This document shows positions 44,148 to 56,589 of a DNA stretch of 64,000 bases, one piece after another. The DNA is from an uncultured Candidatus Rokubacteria bacterium (GTDB lineage: Bacteria > Methylomirabilota > Methylomirabilia > Rokubacteriales > DASRDR01). Positions within the stretch are counted from its first letter, which is position 1; every line of letters starts with the position of its first letter. The position numbers and the translations under genes were made by a program. The notes under the pieces are model-generated. The model ran no database searches. It was not told the origin of the DNA and saw nothing but the letters and a program-made list of their open reading frames with translations. The stretch covers positions 256,001-320,000 of the forward strand of contig CAVPSB010000012.1 of assembly GCA_963708025.1 (NCBI GenBank), in the 5' to 3' direction.

Positions 44148-47100
44148 ATGAGCGTCCCATCTCGCAACGGGCAGCCGGCGCTCGCCGCGATCGCCGAGAC
44201 CGCCGCCCGCCTGTCCCGCGCCACCGAGGCCCTCGTCTACCGAAGGGAGGGCGACCAGCTCCGGTTGGTCGCCAGGCACGGATCACCTCGGACGAGGAAG
44301 GCCTCCGGCGACGTGCATCCGATCGACCGCCGCACGACCCTCGGCCGCGCCATCCTCGACGGCCGGACGAGCCGGGCCGGAGCCGCCGTCGCGACGCCGA
44401 TGCTCCGGGATGGTGCCCCCGTCGGCGCCATCGCGGTCCGTCGCGTGAAGGCGCGCCCCTTCTCGAACGAGCAGATCGGCCTCCTCGAGGTGTTCGCCGG
44501 CCTGGCGGCCGTCGCCATCGGGGAGCTGGATGCGCGCGATCGCGAGCTGGTCGAGTCGCTGGAGCAGCAGGCGGCCACCGGCGCGATCCTGCGGGTCATC
44601 TCGAGCTCACCGACCGACGTCCAGCCGGTGTTCGATGCCATAGCCCGCAACGTGGTGCGGTTGTGCGACGCGGCCTACAGTGTGATCGGGAGGTACGACG
44701 GCCAGCTCCTGCATCTGGTCTCCCACGCGCATGTCCGAGCGGAGGGTGTGGAGGCGCTACAGCAACTGTTCCCGATGCGCCCGAGTCGGGCGACCACCAC
44801 TGGCCGGGCCATCCTCGACCGGACCGTGGTGCATGTGCCGGACGCGCTCGAAGACCCCGAGTACGCCAGACCGGTGGCTCTGGCGATCCAGAACCGGAGC
44901 ACTCTGGCGGTGCCGATGCTGCGCGACGGTGAGCCGATCGGGACGATCTCCGTCGGACGGCTCGAGCCCCGGCCGTTTACCGAGAAGCAGATCGAGCTCC
45001 TCAAGACCTTCGCCGACCAGGCGGTGATTGCGATTGAGAACGTCCGCCTGTTCCGGGAGCTGGAGGCGCGCAATGGCGCGCTCACCGAAGCGCTGGACCA
45101 GCAAACGGCGACGGCGGAGATCCTGAGGGTCATCAGCAGATCGCCGAACGACGTTCAGCCCGTGTTCGACATCATCGGAACGAGCGCAAAGACGCTGTGC
45201 GATGCCGAGATCAGCGTTGTCTCGCGGTTCGATGGTGAGCTGATCCACCTGGTCTCCTTGCACGGGGTCACCCCCGAGGGCGTGGAGGCCGTGCGGGATG
45301 CGTTCCCCATGCGTCCGGACACCGGGTCGGTGTCGGCGCGCGCGGTCCGGGCTCGTGCGGTCGTTCATGTCCCGGACGTCCTCACCGATCCCGATTACGA
45401 GCGAAAGGATGCGGCGCGGGCGAGCGGCTACCGAGGCTGCCTCGGGGTGCCGATGGTCCGCGAAGGGCAAGTCATCGGTGCGATCTTCGTCGCCCAGAGG
45501 AGACCGGGGCTCTTCGCCGACACGCAGGTCGAGCTGCTCAAGACCTTCGCCGACCAGGCGGTCATCGCGGTCGAGAACGTCCGCCTGTTCACGGAGTTGC
45601 AGGCGCGAAATCGCGAGCTGACGGAGACGCTCGAGCAGCAGACGGCGACCGGCGAGATCCTGCGTGCCATCTCCAGCTCGCCGACCGATGCGCAGCCGGT
45701 CTTCGATACCATCGCCCGGAGCGCCATGCGTCTCTGCGAGGGCAGCTTCGCTGTGGTCAGCCGGTACGACGGAGCCTTCCTGCACCTCGCGGCGCACGCA
45801 CACGCCACCGCCGAGGGCGTGGACGTCATGCGGCAGATCTTCCCGACGCGTCCCAGCCGGATCAACCTGGTGGGCCGCGTGATCCTGACGGGCGCCGTCG
45901 TTCACGTGCCGGACGTGCAGGCCGATGCGGAGTACAACCCGGCGCTCAGCCAGACCCTCGGGAATCGCAGCTCGATCGCCGTGCCGATGCTGCGCGACGG
46001 TCAGCCGATCGGCGCAATCATGGTGGGTCGCCTCGAGGTCCGTCCGTTCTCCGACACCCACATGGCGCTGCTCAAGACCTTCGCCGACCAGGCGGTCATC
46101 GCCATCGAGAACGTGCGCCTGTTCACCGAGCTGGAGGCGCGGAACCAGGATCTCACCGAGGCCCTCGAGCAGCAGACCGCGACGGGGGAGATCCTCAAGG
46201 TCATCAGCGGCGCACAGACCGACGCGCAACCCGTCTTCGACACGATCGTGAAGAGTGTGGTCCGACTGTGCGACGGCGTCTTCACCACGGTCTTTCGGTT
46301 CGATGGCAGCGTGATCTATCCCGTGGCCCATCACCACACCGTCACGTCGGCGGGACTCGAGGTCTTCGAGCGTGTGTATCCGATGCCCCCCGGGCGAGCG
46401 AGCGTCGTCGCTCGGGCTGTCCTCGACCGGGCCGTCGTGCACGTGCTCGACGTGGACAGCGATGCCGAGATTCCGCCGGCATCGAGAGAGCTCGCGCGGG
46501 CCGTCGGCTACCGCAGCATCCTCGGCGTGCCGATGTTACGGGACGGGAACCCGATCGGGGCTATCGGGGTCGGACGGAGGGCAGTGAATGGCCAGGCCCG
46601 GCCGTTCACCGACAAGGAGATCGCCCTCCTCCAGACCTTCGCCGACCAGGCGGTGATCGCGATCGAGAACGTCCGGCTCTTCAAGGAGCTGGAGGCCAAG
46701 AACCGCGACCTGACCGAGACGCTGGAGCAGCAAACGGCGACGGGCGAGATCCTGCGGGTCATCTCGAGCTCGCCGACCGACGTCCAGCCGGTGTTCGACA
46801 CGATCGCCCAGAGCGCGAGGCAACTCTGCGAGGCTCAGTTCTGCGCACCTCTTCCGGTTCGATGGCAAGCTGCTCCACTTCGTGGCCCACCATGGACTCA
46901 CGCCCGAGGGGGTCGAGGCCGTGCGGCGCGGCTATCCCATCGCGCCGGGCCGGGGCAGTGCGGCCGCCCGGGCGGTCCTCAGTGGCGCCGTCGAGCACAT
47001 CCCGGACGTCCACGCGGACCCGGACTACGGGCATCGGCGCGATCGCCAGGGTCGTCAGCCTTCCGCAGCATCGTGGCGGTCCCGATGCTCCGCGACGGCG

Positions 47101-50100
47101 TCCCCGATCGGGGCGATCGGGGTTGCGCGATCCCAGGCCGGACTCTTCCCCGCCCGGCAGATCGACCTGCTCAAGACCTTCGCCGACCAGGCGGTGATCG
47201 CGATCGAGAACGTCCGGCTCTTCCAGGAGCTGGAGGCCCGGAACCGCGACCTGACCGAGACGCTGGAGCAGCAGACGGCGACCGGCGAGATCCTGCGCGT
47301 CATCTCGAGCTCGCCGACCGACGTCCAGCCGGTGTTCGAGTCGATCGTCGCCAGCGCGGTCAGGCTCTGCGACGCCTCGTTCGGCGGGGTGCTGCGCTTC
47401 GACGGCGAGCTCATGCACGTCGCGGCGGCGCACAACGTGGAGCCGGAGCGGCTGGACGCCTTCCACCGCCATTTCCCCATGCGCCCGACCGCGGACATTG
47501 CCATTGGACGCGCGATTCTGGAGCGGGCGACCGTCCACTTCGAGGACGTTCTACGGGAGCCGTCCAACCCGCTGCGGGAGGCCGTCGCAGCGGCTCTCGA
47601 GTACCGAGCCTGGCTGGCGGTGCCCATGCTGCGTGACGGGCTGCCGATCGGTGTCATCTTCTGCTGGCGACGGGAGCCGCGGGCGTTCAGCGACAAGCAG
47701 ATCGCGCTGCTCCAGACCTTCGCCGACCAGGCGGTCATCGCGATCGAGAACGTCCGGCTCTTCAAGGAGCTGGAGGCCCGGAACCGCGACCTGACCGAGA
47801 CCCTCGAGCAGCAGACGGCGACGGCGAGATCCTCGGGTGATCTCGGCTCGCCGACCGATGTCCAGCCCGTGTTCGACACGATCGCCCAGAGCGCGGCCGG
47901 CTCTGCGAGGCCAGTTCTGCACGTCTTTCGTTTGACGGCGAGCTCTGCACTTCGTGGGCCACCACGGGCTGACGCCGGAGGGGTCGAAGCCTCGCCGGCC
48001 TGGCCGATGGCGCCGCCGGGGTACGGGTGGGGCGGTCGATCTCGCGGGGTCGCGCACATTCCGGACGTCCGCGCGGACTGTGCGAGGCGACCGACGCGCA
48101 GATCTTCGCGTGGAGGGCGAAATCCTGCGGCTGGCCACGTCCTTCGGATCCATACCGATACATCCGGGGCGCCCCATCAGTCGCGGCTGGGTAACGGGGC
48201 GTTCCGTCGTTGACCGGAGAACGATCCATGTCCATGACCTCGCGGCCGAGACGGAAGCAGAGTTCCCCGATCGGCCGGGAGACCCAGAAGCTCTTTGGCC
48301 ATCGGACCACTCTCGCCACGCCCCTGTTGCGCGAGGAGCAGCCCCTCGGGGCCATCCTGATTCGCCGTCTGGAGGTCCGGCCCTTCTCGGACAAGCAGAT
48401 CGAGCTCCTCGAGACCTTCGCCGACCAGGCGGTGATCGCCATCGAGAACGTGCGCCTGTTCCAGGAGCTCGAGGCCCGCAACCGCGACCTGACCGAGACC
48501 CTGGAGCAGCAGACGGCGACCAGCGAGATCCTGCGCGTCATCTCGAGCTCGCCGACCGACGTCCAGCCGGTCTTCGACACGATCGCGGAGAGCGTCGTCA
48601 GGCTCTGCGACGGCCTCTTCAGTGGTGTGTTTCGGTTCGACGGCGACCTGATTCACTTCGTCGCTCACCACAACTGGACAGACGAGGGCGCTCGAGGCGG
48701 CTCGCGCGCGTGTTCCCAATGGCGCCGAGCCGGGAGTCCGTGGTCGCTACGGTCATCCTGGACCGCACCGTCGTCGAGGTGCCCGACTTCGAGAACGACC
48801 CGGGAGTGCCCCCGCCGTCCCTCTCGCTCGCCCGAGCCCTGGGCTATCGAAGCATGCTGGTGGTTCCGATGCTTCGCGAAGGGAACCCCATCGGGGCGAT
48901 CGCCGTCGCGTCGCGCCGAGCCCGGGTCGTTCTCGGACAAGCAGATCGAGCTGCTGAAGACCTTCGCCGACCAGGCGGTCATCGCCATCGAGAACGTGCG
49001 CCTGTTCAAGGAGCTCGAGACCCGGAACCGGGACCTGACCGACGCGCTGGAGCAGCAGACCGCCACCAGCGAAGTCCTGAAGGTCATCAGTCGCTCGACG
49101 TTCGATCTCCAGCCCGTCCTCGAGACGCTCATCGAGAACGCGACCCGGCTCTGCGGTGCCGAAGCCGGCGTCATCTACCGGTTCGATGGCGAGCTGCAGC
49201 GGCTGGCGGCCGCGTGCAACGTCTCTCCCGAGTTCCAGAGCTTCGTCACGCAGAACCCCCTTCGCCCCGGCCGCGGGAGCGTCGTGGGCCGGGCGGTGCT
49301 CGAGGGCCGGACGGTTCAGATCCAGGACGTGCTGGCCGATCCCGACTACGCATACCCGGGGGTCGGGCTCGGAGGTTACCGGTCGATCCTGGGGGTCCCG
49401 ATGCTGCGGGAGGGCGTGCCCATCGGGGTGTTCTCGCTCTGGAGGAACCAGGTCCAGCCCTTCACCGACAAGCAGGTCGAGCTGGTCTCGACGTTCGCCG
49501 ACCAGGGCGTCATCGCAATCGAGAACGTCCGCCTGTTCCAGGAGCTGGAGGCCCGCAACCGGGACCTGACGGCGACGAGCGAGATCCTCCAGGTGATCTC
49601 GCGCTCGCCGACGGACGTGCAGCCCGTGTTCGACACGATCGCCCAGAGTGCGGTCCGGCTGTGCGACGCGCTCTACACGTACCTCTTCCTGTTCGATGGC
49701 GAGATGCAGCGGTTCGTCGCGGCGCACAATGCGAGCCCCGAAGCCCTCGCCGTGATACGAGAGAGATTCCCGCGAAGGCCGACGCGTGGCTCCTATTCTG
49801 GTCGGGCCATTCTCGATCGCGCGGTCGTTCACGTTCCCGATGTGAGCCTGGATCCCCAGTACGAGTTCGGCGATGTCGCGAGAGCCGACAACTATCGTTC
49901 CGTGCTGGCGGCGCCGATGATCCGCGACGGGAGCCCGCTCGGTGCCGTCATGGTCGCCCGCCAGGCTCCGTTTTCTCAGAATCAGATCGAGCTCGTGAAG
50001 ACCTTCGCCGACCAGGCCGTCATCGCGATCGAGAACGTCCGTCTTTTCAAGGAGCTGGAGGCGCGCAACCGAGACCTGACCGAAACGCTGGAGCAGCAGA

Positions 50101-53100
50101 CCGCGACGGCGGAGATCCTGCGGGTCATCTCGAGCTCGCCGACCGACGTCCAGCCGGTGTTCGATGGCATCGCCGACGCCGCGCTGCGACTCTGTGGCGC
50201 CGCCAGCAGTATCGTGACGACCTTTGATGGCCAGCTGATCCACCTCTCGGCACAGGCCCAGATCAGGCCGGAAGGGTCCGATGCGTTTCGCCGCATCTAC
50301 CCCCGCCGTCCCGGCCGGGGCTTCGCCGCCGGCCGGGCCATTCTTACCCGGGCGATCGTGCGCATCGCCGATGTGCACGCGGATGCCGAGTACGAGCACC
50401 GCGCCCTCGCGCAGGCGGCCGAATTCCGAGGCATCCTCGCCGTCCCGATGCTGCGCGATGGGCTTCCCATTGGCACGATCAACGTCCACAAGGCCGAGGC
50501 CGCGCCTTTCACCGACGCCCAGGTCGAGTTGCTCAAGACCTTCGCCGACCAGGCCGTCATCGCGATCGAGAATGTTCGCCTGTTCCGGGAGCTGGAGGCG
50601 CGGACGCGGGAGCTGACCCGCTCGGTCGGGGAGCTCCGGGCGCTCGGCGAGGTCAGCCAGGCCGTCGGCTCCACGCTCGACCTCGAGACCGTGCTCGACG
50701 ACCATCGTGGGCCGCGCTGTCCAGCTTTCCGGCAGCGACAACGGCATCGTCTACGAGTTCGACGAGGCCACCCAGACCTTCCACGTTCGAGCCACGCACC
50801 AGGTCACGGCCGTCCACCTCGAGGCGCTGCGGACCTCGCCGATCCGGCTCGGCGAGGGGGCGGTCGGCCGGGCCGGGGTGATCCGGGAGCCCGTCCAGGT
50901 CGCCGACATCGAGGCGGAGTGGCAGCTCGTGGCTCCCCAGGTGCGGGCGCTCCACGCCCGGGAAGGCACGCGCTCGCTCCTCGCGGTCCCGCTCGTCCGG
51001 GAGGGGCGGCTGCTCGGGAGGCCTCGTGGTCCTGCGGCGCGAGCGGGGCGGCTTCTCCTCCGAGGTCGTCGCCACCCTCCAGACCTTCGCGGCCCAGTCG
51101 GTCCTGGCCATCCACAACGCGCGCCTCTTCCGGGAGATCCAGCGGCAGAAGCAATACTCGGAGGCCCTCGTGGAGACCAGCCCGGTCGCGATCGCGACCA
51201 TGGACCTCCGCGGGACGGTGGTGGGGTGGAACCCGGCCGCCGAGCGGCTCTTCGGGTACACGGCGGCCGAGGCCATCGGCCGCGACGTGGACGACCTGGT
51301 CGCGGCGCCGGAGTCGCGCGACGAGGCCCGGCGCGTCTCGGGCCGGACGCTGTCGGGCGAGCGCGTGCACGCCATCACGCAGCGCCACCGGAAGGACGGG
51401 AGTCCGGTGGACGTCGAGGTCTCGTCGGTGCCGGTGGTCGTGGACGGCGCCGAGGTGGGCTTCATCGCGATCTACCACGACATCTCGGAGCTGCTCCAGG
51501 CCCGCCGGGAGGCCGAGGCGGCCAACGAGGCCAAGAGCGCCTTCCTGGCGACGATGAGCCACGAGATCCGGACGCCGATGAACGCCGTGATCGGGATGAG
51601 CGGGCTCCTGCTGAACACCGCGCTGACCGACGAGCAGCGCGAGTACGCGGAGATCGTCCGCCAGAGCGGCGACACGCTCCTGACCGTGATCAACGACATC
51701 CTCGACTTCTCGAAGATCGAGGCCGGGAAGCTCGAGCTGGAGTCCCAGCCCTTCGACCTCCGGGAGTGCGTCGAGTCGGCGCTCGACCTCGTGGCCACCC
51801 GGGCCGCCGAGAAGGGCCTCGACCTGGCCTACCTGGTCGGCGACGGGACCCCCGCCGCCATCGTCGGCGACGTGACGCGCCTGCGCCAGGTCCTCCTGAA
51901 CCTGCTCTCGAACGCGGTCAAGTTCACCGAGCGGGGCGAGGTCGTCCTGTCGGTGAGCGCCCGCCGCCTGGACGGCCCGGCGCCGCTCCACGAGCTGACC
52001 TTCTCGGTCCGGGACACCGGCATCGGCATCGCGCCGGACCGGCTCGGCCGCCTGTTCCAGTCGTTCAGCCAGGTCGACGCCTCGACCACGCGCCGCTACG
52101 GGGGCACCGGCCTGGGACTGGTGATCAGCCAGCGGCTGACCGAGCTGATGGGCGGGCGGATCGGCGTCACCAGCGAGGTGGGGACGGGCAGCGAGTTCCG
52201 CTTCACGATCCGCGCGGCCGCCGCCGAGGTGCCCGCTCCGACCCGCCGCGACCTGAGCGGCGTGCAGCCGTCCCTTCGCGGCAAGCGCGTGCTCGTCGTG
52301 GACGACAACGCGACCAACCGCCGCATCCTCACCTCGCACCTGGACGTCTGGGGAATGAGCGCGCGGGCGACCGGCATCGCCCGGGCGAAGCGCTGGCGTG
52401 GATCCGGGCCGGCGAGGGCTTCGACGTCGGGATCCTCGACATGCACATGCCGGAGATGGACGGCGTGGCCCTGGCCCGGGCGATCCGGGAGCACCCGGCG
52501 GGGGCCGGGCTGCCGTTGATCCTCTTCACGTCGCTCGGCCGTCGCGAGGCTCGCGCCGAGGCCGAGGGCTTCGCCGCGTACCTCCACAAGCCCATCAAGC
52601 CGTCCCAGCTCTTCGACGCGCTGGTCTCCGTCCTGGCCGAGCAGCCCGTCCCGTGCGGGAGCGGGGGGTGGCGCGGAGCGAGCTCGACCCGGACATGGCC
52701 CGCCGTCACCCGCTCCGGATCCTCCTGGCCGAGGACAACGTCGTGAACCAGAAGGTGGCGCTCCGGCTCCTCGGGCAGCTGGGCTACCGGGCCGACGTGG
52801 CCGCCAACGGGCTGGAGGCCATCGACGCCGTCGAGCGGCAGGCGTACGACGTGGTCCTGATGGACGTGCAGATGCCGGAGCTCGACGGCCTCGAGGCCTC
52901 CCGCGAGATCAACCGGCGCTGGCCGGGCGAGCGCCGGCCGCGCCTCGTCGCCATGACGGCCAACGCGATGCAGGGCGACCGCGAGCTGTGCGAGGCGGCC
53001 GGGATGGACGACTACGTGGCGAAGCCGATCCGGGTGGAGGAGCTGGTGGCGGCGCTCGAGCGCTGCGGGTGGCGTCCGGAGGCGCGCCTGCGCGGGGCGC

Positions 53101-53490
53101 CGGCGGCCGACGACAGCGCGGTGGAGACGCCGCCGACGTCCCCGGCGATCGACCGGACCGTGTTCGAGCGGCTCACGGCGACCATGGGCCGCGAGTTCGT
53201 CGGCGAGCTGATCGACACGTTCGTCGAGGACGGGCGCGAGCTGATCGCCACGCTGCGACGGGCCCTGGCCGGGACGGACCTCGACGCCTTCCGCCGGGCC
53301 GCCCACTCCCTCAAGTCCAACGGCGAGACCCTCGGCGCGACCGGCCTGGCGACCCTGGCCAGGGAGCTGGAGGCCCTGGCCCGGGCCGGAAGCCTGGACG
53401 GGGCCGACGGAGCGGATCGAGCCGCTCGTCCGCGGGTACGAGACCGTCGCGCGCGCGCTCGGAGAGCTCCGACGTGACCTCCCCGCGTAA
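44148..53490 (+). CDS. Giant hybrid histidine kinase: ~13 GAF, PAS, HisKA, HATPase, 2 REC, Hpt (many frameshifts)
   Basis: 11 TFADQ-ENVRLF linkers at ~540 bp period; [34 protein letters not shown] and AHSLKS motifs. Confidence 0.88.
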
Positions 53491-54529
53491 CCCGCAGCCC
53501 GGCGACCTCCTGGTGGTCGACGACAACCGGGTGAACCGGCTGCTGCTCGGGCGGGCCCTGGAGCAGCTCGGGCACACGGTCACGTTCGCCGAGAACGGGC
53601 GCGAGGCCCTGGAGGCGCTGCGGCAACGCCGCGTCGACCTGGTCCTGCTGGACATCGAGATGCCGGAGATGGACGGCTACCAGGTGCTGGCGGCCCTGGC
53701 TGCCGACCCGCGCCTCCGCGACCTCCCGGTCGTGATGATGTCGTCGGTGGAAGAGGTGGACAGCGTCGCCCGGTGCATCGAGATGGGCGCCGAGGACTAC
53801 CTCTTCAAGCCGGTGAACCCGGTGCTGCTCAAGGCTCGCGTCGGCGCCAGCCTGGAGAAGAAGCGGCTCCGCGATCGGCAACGCGAGCTGTTCCGGAAGT
53901 TCGCGACCGCCGAGGTGGCCGACGAGCTCCTGACCAGCGGCCTGGCGCTGGGCGGCAAGCACGTCGACGCCAGCGTGATGTTTTCCGACATCCGCGGGTC
54001 CACGCGCATCGCCGAGGTCCTGTCGCCGGCCGAGACGATCGAGCTCCTGAACAGCTACTACACGCTCATGTTCGACGCCATCGGCGGCCACGGCGGCATC
54101 GTCAACCAGATGCTCGGGGACGGCCTGATGGCAATCTTCGGCGCGCCGTTGCCCCGCGCGGATCATCGGGAGCGCGCGGTGCGGGCAGCCCTGGAGATGC
54201 TGGACCTGGTGGACGGGTTCAACCGGGAGCAGGCGCTCCGGGGCGGGGTGGAGATCCGGATCGGGATCGGCATCGCCTCCGGACCGCTGGTCGCCGGCTT
54301 CACCGGCACCGAGCGGCGCATGACCTACACCTGCGTGGGCGACTCCGTGAACCTCGCCGCCCACCTGGAGGCGCACACCAAGGTCGTCGGCCAGCCGATC
54401 CTGATCGACGACAACACGCGGGAGGGGCTCGGCGACGGGATCCGTGTCGAGTCGCACGGCCCGGCGCAGTTCAAGAGCCGGAGCCAGGCGGTGCAGGTCT
54501 ACTCGGTACCGGCCGGACAGCGGCCCTGA
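53474..54529 (+). CDS. Response regulator with class III nucleotide cyclase domain
   Basis: VVDDNRVN and [10 protein letters not shown] (REC); [14 protein letters not shown] and GDSVNLAA (cyclase). Confidence 0.9.
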   Translation: MTSPRNPQPGDLLVVDDNRVNRLLLGRALEQLGHTVTFAENGREALEALRQRRVDLVLLDIEMPEMDGYQVLAALAADPRLRDLPVVMMSSVEEVDSVARCIEMGAEDYLFKPVNPVLLKARVGASLEKKRLRDRQRELFRKFATAEVADELLTSGLALGGKHVDASVMFSDIRGSTRIAEVLSPAETIELLNSYYTLMFDAIGGHGGIVNQMLGDGLMAIFGAPLPRADHRERAVRAALEMLDLVDGFNREQALRGGVEIRIGIGIASGPLVAGFTGTERRMTYTCVGDSVNLAAHLEAHTKVVGQPILIDDNTREGLGDGIRVESHGPAQFKSRSQAVQVYSVPAGQRP

Positions 54530-54539
54530 TGCTGAGCCG

Positions 54540-55430
54540 ATGACGATCGGGTGCCGCTTCCTGGATCGGGGGGGCCCGTACGAGCGCACCGTGACGGGCT
54601 GGGTCGACTCGTGCGAGGACTCGCTGCTCCAGTTCAGCGCTCGCTTCAGCGATGGACTGGTCGACCTCGAGGTCAGTGTCGTCGCCGAGCCGTCGCCGAG
54701 CTACCTGGTGTCATCGGCGACGGCGACGGCGCGATCGGAGGCGACGAGCCTGGAATGGGGCCATCTCCTGGAGACCTTCTCGGGGGTTCGAGGTCTTCGC
54801 ATCGTCTCGGGGTTCCGGCGGCAGGTCGCCAGTCTCCTGGGCGAGCATCCCCTGGCTGACTACCTTCTCGACGCGACGATCGAGGCCGCGCGGCTGTCGC
54901 GACAGGTGACCCAGATCGACGTTCCCGGCTCCACCCGACCGGGCCCGGCGGAGTTCCACCGTCTCGACCTCGAGGCCTGGCCGGAGCTCGTCGACCTGTG
55001 CTTCACCTACAGCCGGGGATCCGAGGCCCTCTTCGCCGAGCGGCCGGTGCGCACGCCGGCGATCGTCGAGATGTACTCCTCGCCGCCCGGGCGGAAGCTC
55101 GTCTTCCATCGCTACAAGCGGACCCATATCGCCCGCGCCGGCGACACCTTCTCGCTCTACCAGTCGATGTTCGATCACGTCCACGGGTTCGAGCTCTGGT
55201 ACGAGCTGGATGCGGGCAGCCACGAACTGCTGAGCGCGAGGGCCTTGACGCCCCGGCTTCCCTACATGGGCATCTGTGACGAGCCGCAGCGCCGGGTCCG
55301 GGACATGGTCGGCGTCAGGATCGGAGCGGACTGGCCCGGCGTCGTGCGGGCCCGGCTGGGCGGGCGGCAGGGCTGCTTCCAGCTGACCGACCTCACCAGC
55401 GACCTCTTCCGCCTCTTGACGGTCGGCTGA
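54540..55430 (+). CDS. DUF2889-like protein, probably two tandem domains
   Basis: DHVH, PYMGIC and GGRQGCFQLTDL motifs. Confidence 0.6.
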   Translation: MTIGCRFLDRGGPYERTVTGWVDSCEDSLLQFSARFSDGLVDLEVSVVAEPSPSYLVSSATATARSEATSLEWGHLLETFSGVRGLRIVSGFRRQVASLLGEHPLADYLLDATIEAARLSRQVTQIDVPGSTRPGPAEFHRLDLEAWPELVDLCFTYSRGSEALFAERPVRTPAIVEMYSSPPGRKLVFHRYKRTHIARAGDTFSLYQSMFDHVHGFELWYELDAGSHELLSARALTPRLPYMGICDEPQRRVRDMVGVRIGADWPGVVRARLGGRQGCFQLTDLTSDLFRLLTVG

Positions 55431-55470
55431 GGCGTCGCCCGGCCCCGAGAGCGTGTGGAGGACTCGGGTT

Positions 55471-55608
55471 TCTCCGGCTCCCCCCTCCCCCCCGGTGGCC
55501 GCCGGAGGGCGGGACGTCGCGAGGGCCGCAGACCCGAGCCGTTCCGGCGTTCCGTCAAACAGAGGGGGCCAAAGGCCGAAGGCCGTCGAAAGATGGGGTA
55601 GGCGGAGG
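55471..55608 (+). repeat. Family A repeat with an internal insertion
   Basis: CCCCCTCCCCCC start and GGGGGCCAAAGGCCGAAGGCCGTCGA end. Confidence 0.7.
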
Positions 55609-55614
55609 TTTCGA

Positions 55615-56382
55615 TCAGTCCGCGTAGGAAGGATCCTTGGCGTCCAGGATCCGCTTCATCTCCTCGAAGTGGGAGAAGGCCGCGCCCTTGTAGTCGTCCC
55701 AGCCGCGCGCGGTGCGCTCGGCCACGTCCGGCGGCATGACGTTGAGCTTCTGGCCGGTCGAGTAGGCGAGCACCAGCGTCTGGCAGGCGCGCTCCAGGTA
55801 GTAGAGGTCGTCGAAGGCCTCCGCCACCGTCTCGGCCACCACCAGGACCCCGTGGTTGCCGAGCATCAGGCGGCGCTTGTCGCCCAGCATGCGAACCAGC
55901 CGCCGGCCCTCCTCGTCGTTGTCGGCGATGCCGCCGTAGTTCAGGTCGATCGCGATGCGGTTGTAGTAGCGGGCGGTGTTCTGCTCGATCGGCTTGATCT
56001 CGGGATCGGCCAGGGCGGCCACGGCGGTGGCGTAGGCCGGGTGGACGTGGAGGATGCAGCGCGCGTGCGGCAAGGCGGCGTGAATGTGGCCATGGATGCA
56101 CCACGCGGAGGGATCGGGCGCGTCGGGGCGGCTCATGGTCTCCCGGTCGTCGGCGTCGAGCAGCAGCAGGTCACTCGCCTTGACGCGCGAGAAGTGCCGC
56201 CAGCGCGGGTTCATGAGGAACTTCTTGCCGTCGGCCAGCACGGCCAGGCTGAAGTGGTTGGCCACCGCCTCGTGCCAGCCGAGCTCGGCCGCCAGCCGGA
56301 AGGCGGCCGCCAGATCGACGCGCAGCTGACGCTCCGCCGATTCACCCCATCGGTCCCCCTTGGCGTCGATCGTGGTGGCCAT
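55615..56382 (-). CDS. Class II aldolase/adducin family protein
   Basis: LAAAFR, NHFS, IHGHIH, HVH and NHG motifs. Confidence 0.92.
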   Translation of the reverse strand: MATTIDAKGDRWGESAERQLRVDLAAAFRLAAELGWHEAVANHFSLAVLADGKKFLMNPRWRHFSRVKASDLLLLDADDRETMSRPDAPDPSAWCIHGHIHAALPHARCILHVHPAYATAVAALADPEIKPIEQNTARYYNRIAIDLNYGGIADNDEEGRRLVRMLGDKRRLMLGNHGVLVVAETVAEAFDDLYYLERACQTLVLAYSTGQKLNVMPPDVAERTARGWDDYKGAAFSHFEEMKRILDAKDPSYAD

Positions 56383-56505
56383 GGTTCCTTCCTGTGTTCG
56401 GGATGCGCGCATGGTCGTGGAACTCGGCTCCCCGACTATACCACCAGGGCCCTGGCGGCGATCTCCCCAGACCCTGGATGTTCTTGAGAGCGTGTCAGGG
56501 CACGA

Positions 56506-56589
56506 CGTCCTCCAACTCCCCCCTCCCCGGCCAAGGCCGGTGGGTCGGGGGGAGGGGGGTTGGGGGGTAGGAGGGAGGTCCCGAAGATC
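56506..56589 (+). repeat. Family A repeat
   Basis: CCCCCCTCCCC..GGTGGGT..GGGGAGGGGG..GGGAGGTCCCG. Confidence 0.7.

Noticed and set aside
44560-50600. Regularly spaced conserved DNA repeats as a CRISPR-like array
   Set aside because: The period is ~540 bp and the repeats encode GAF linkers; no cas genes
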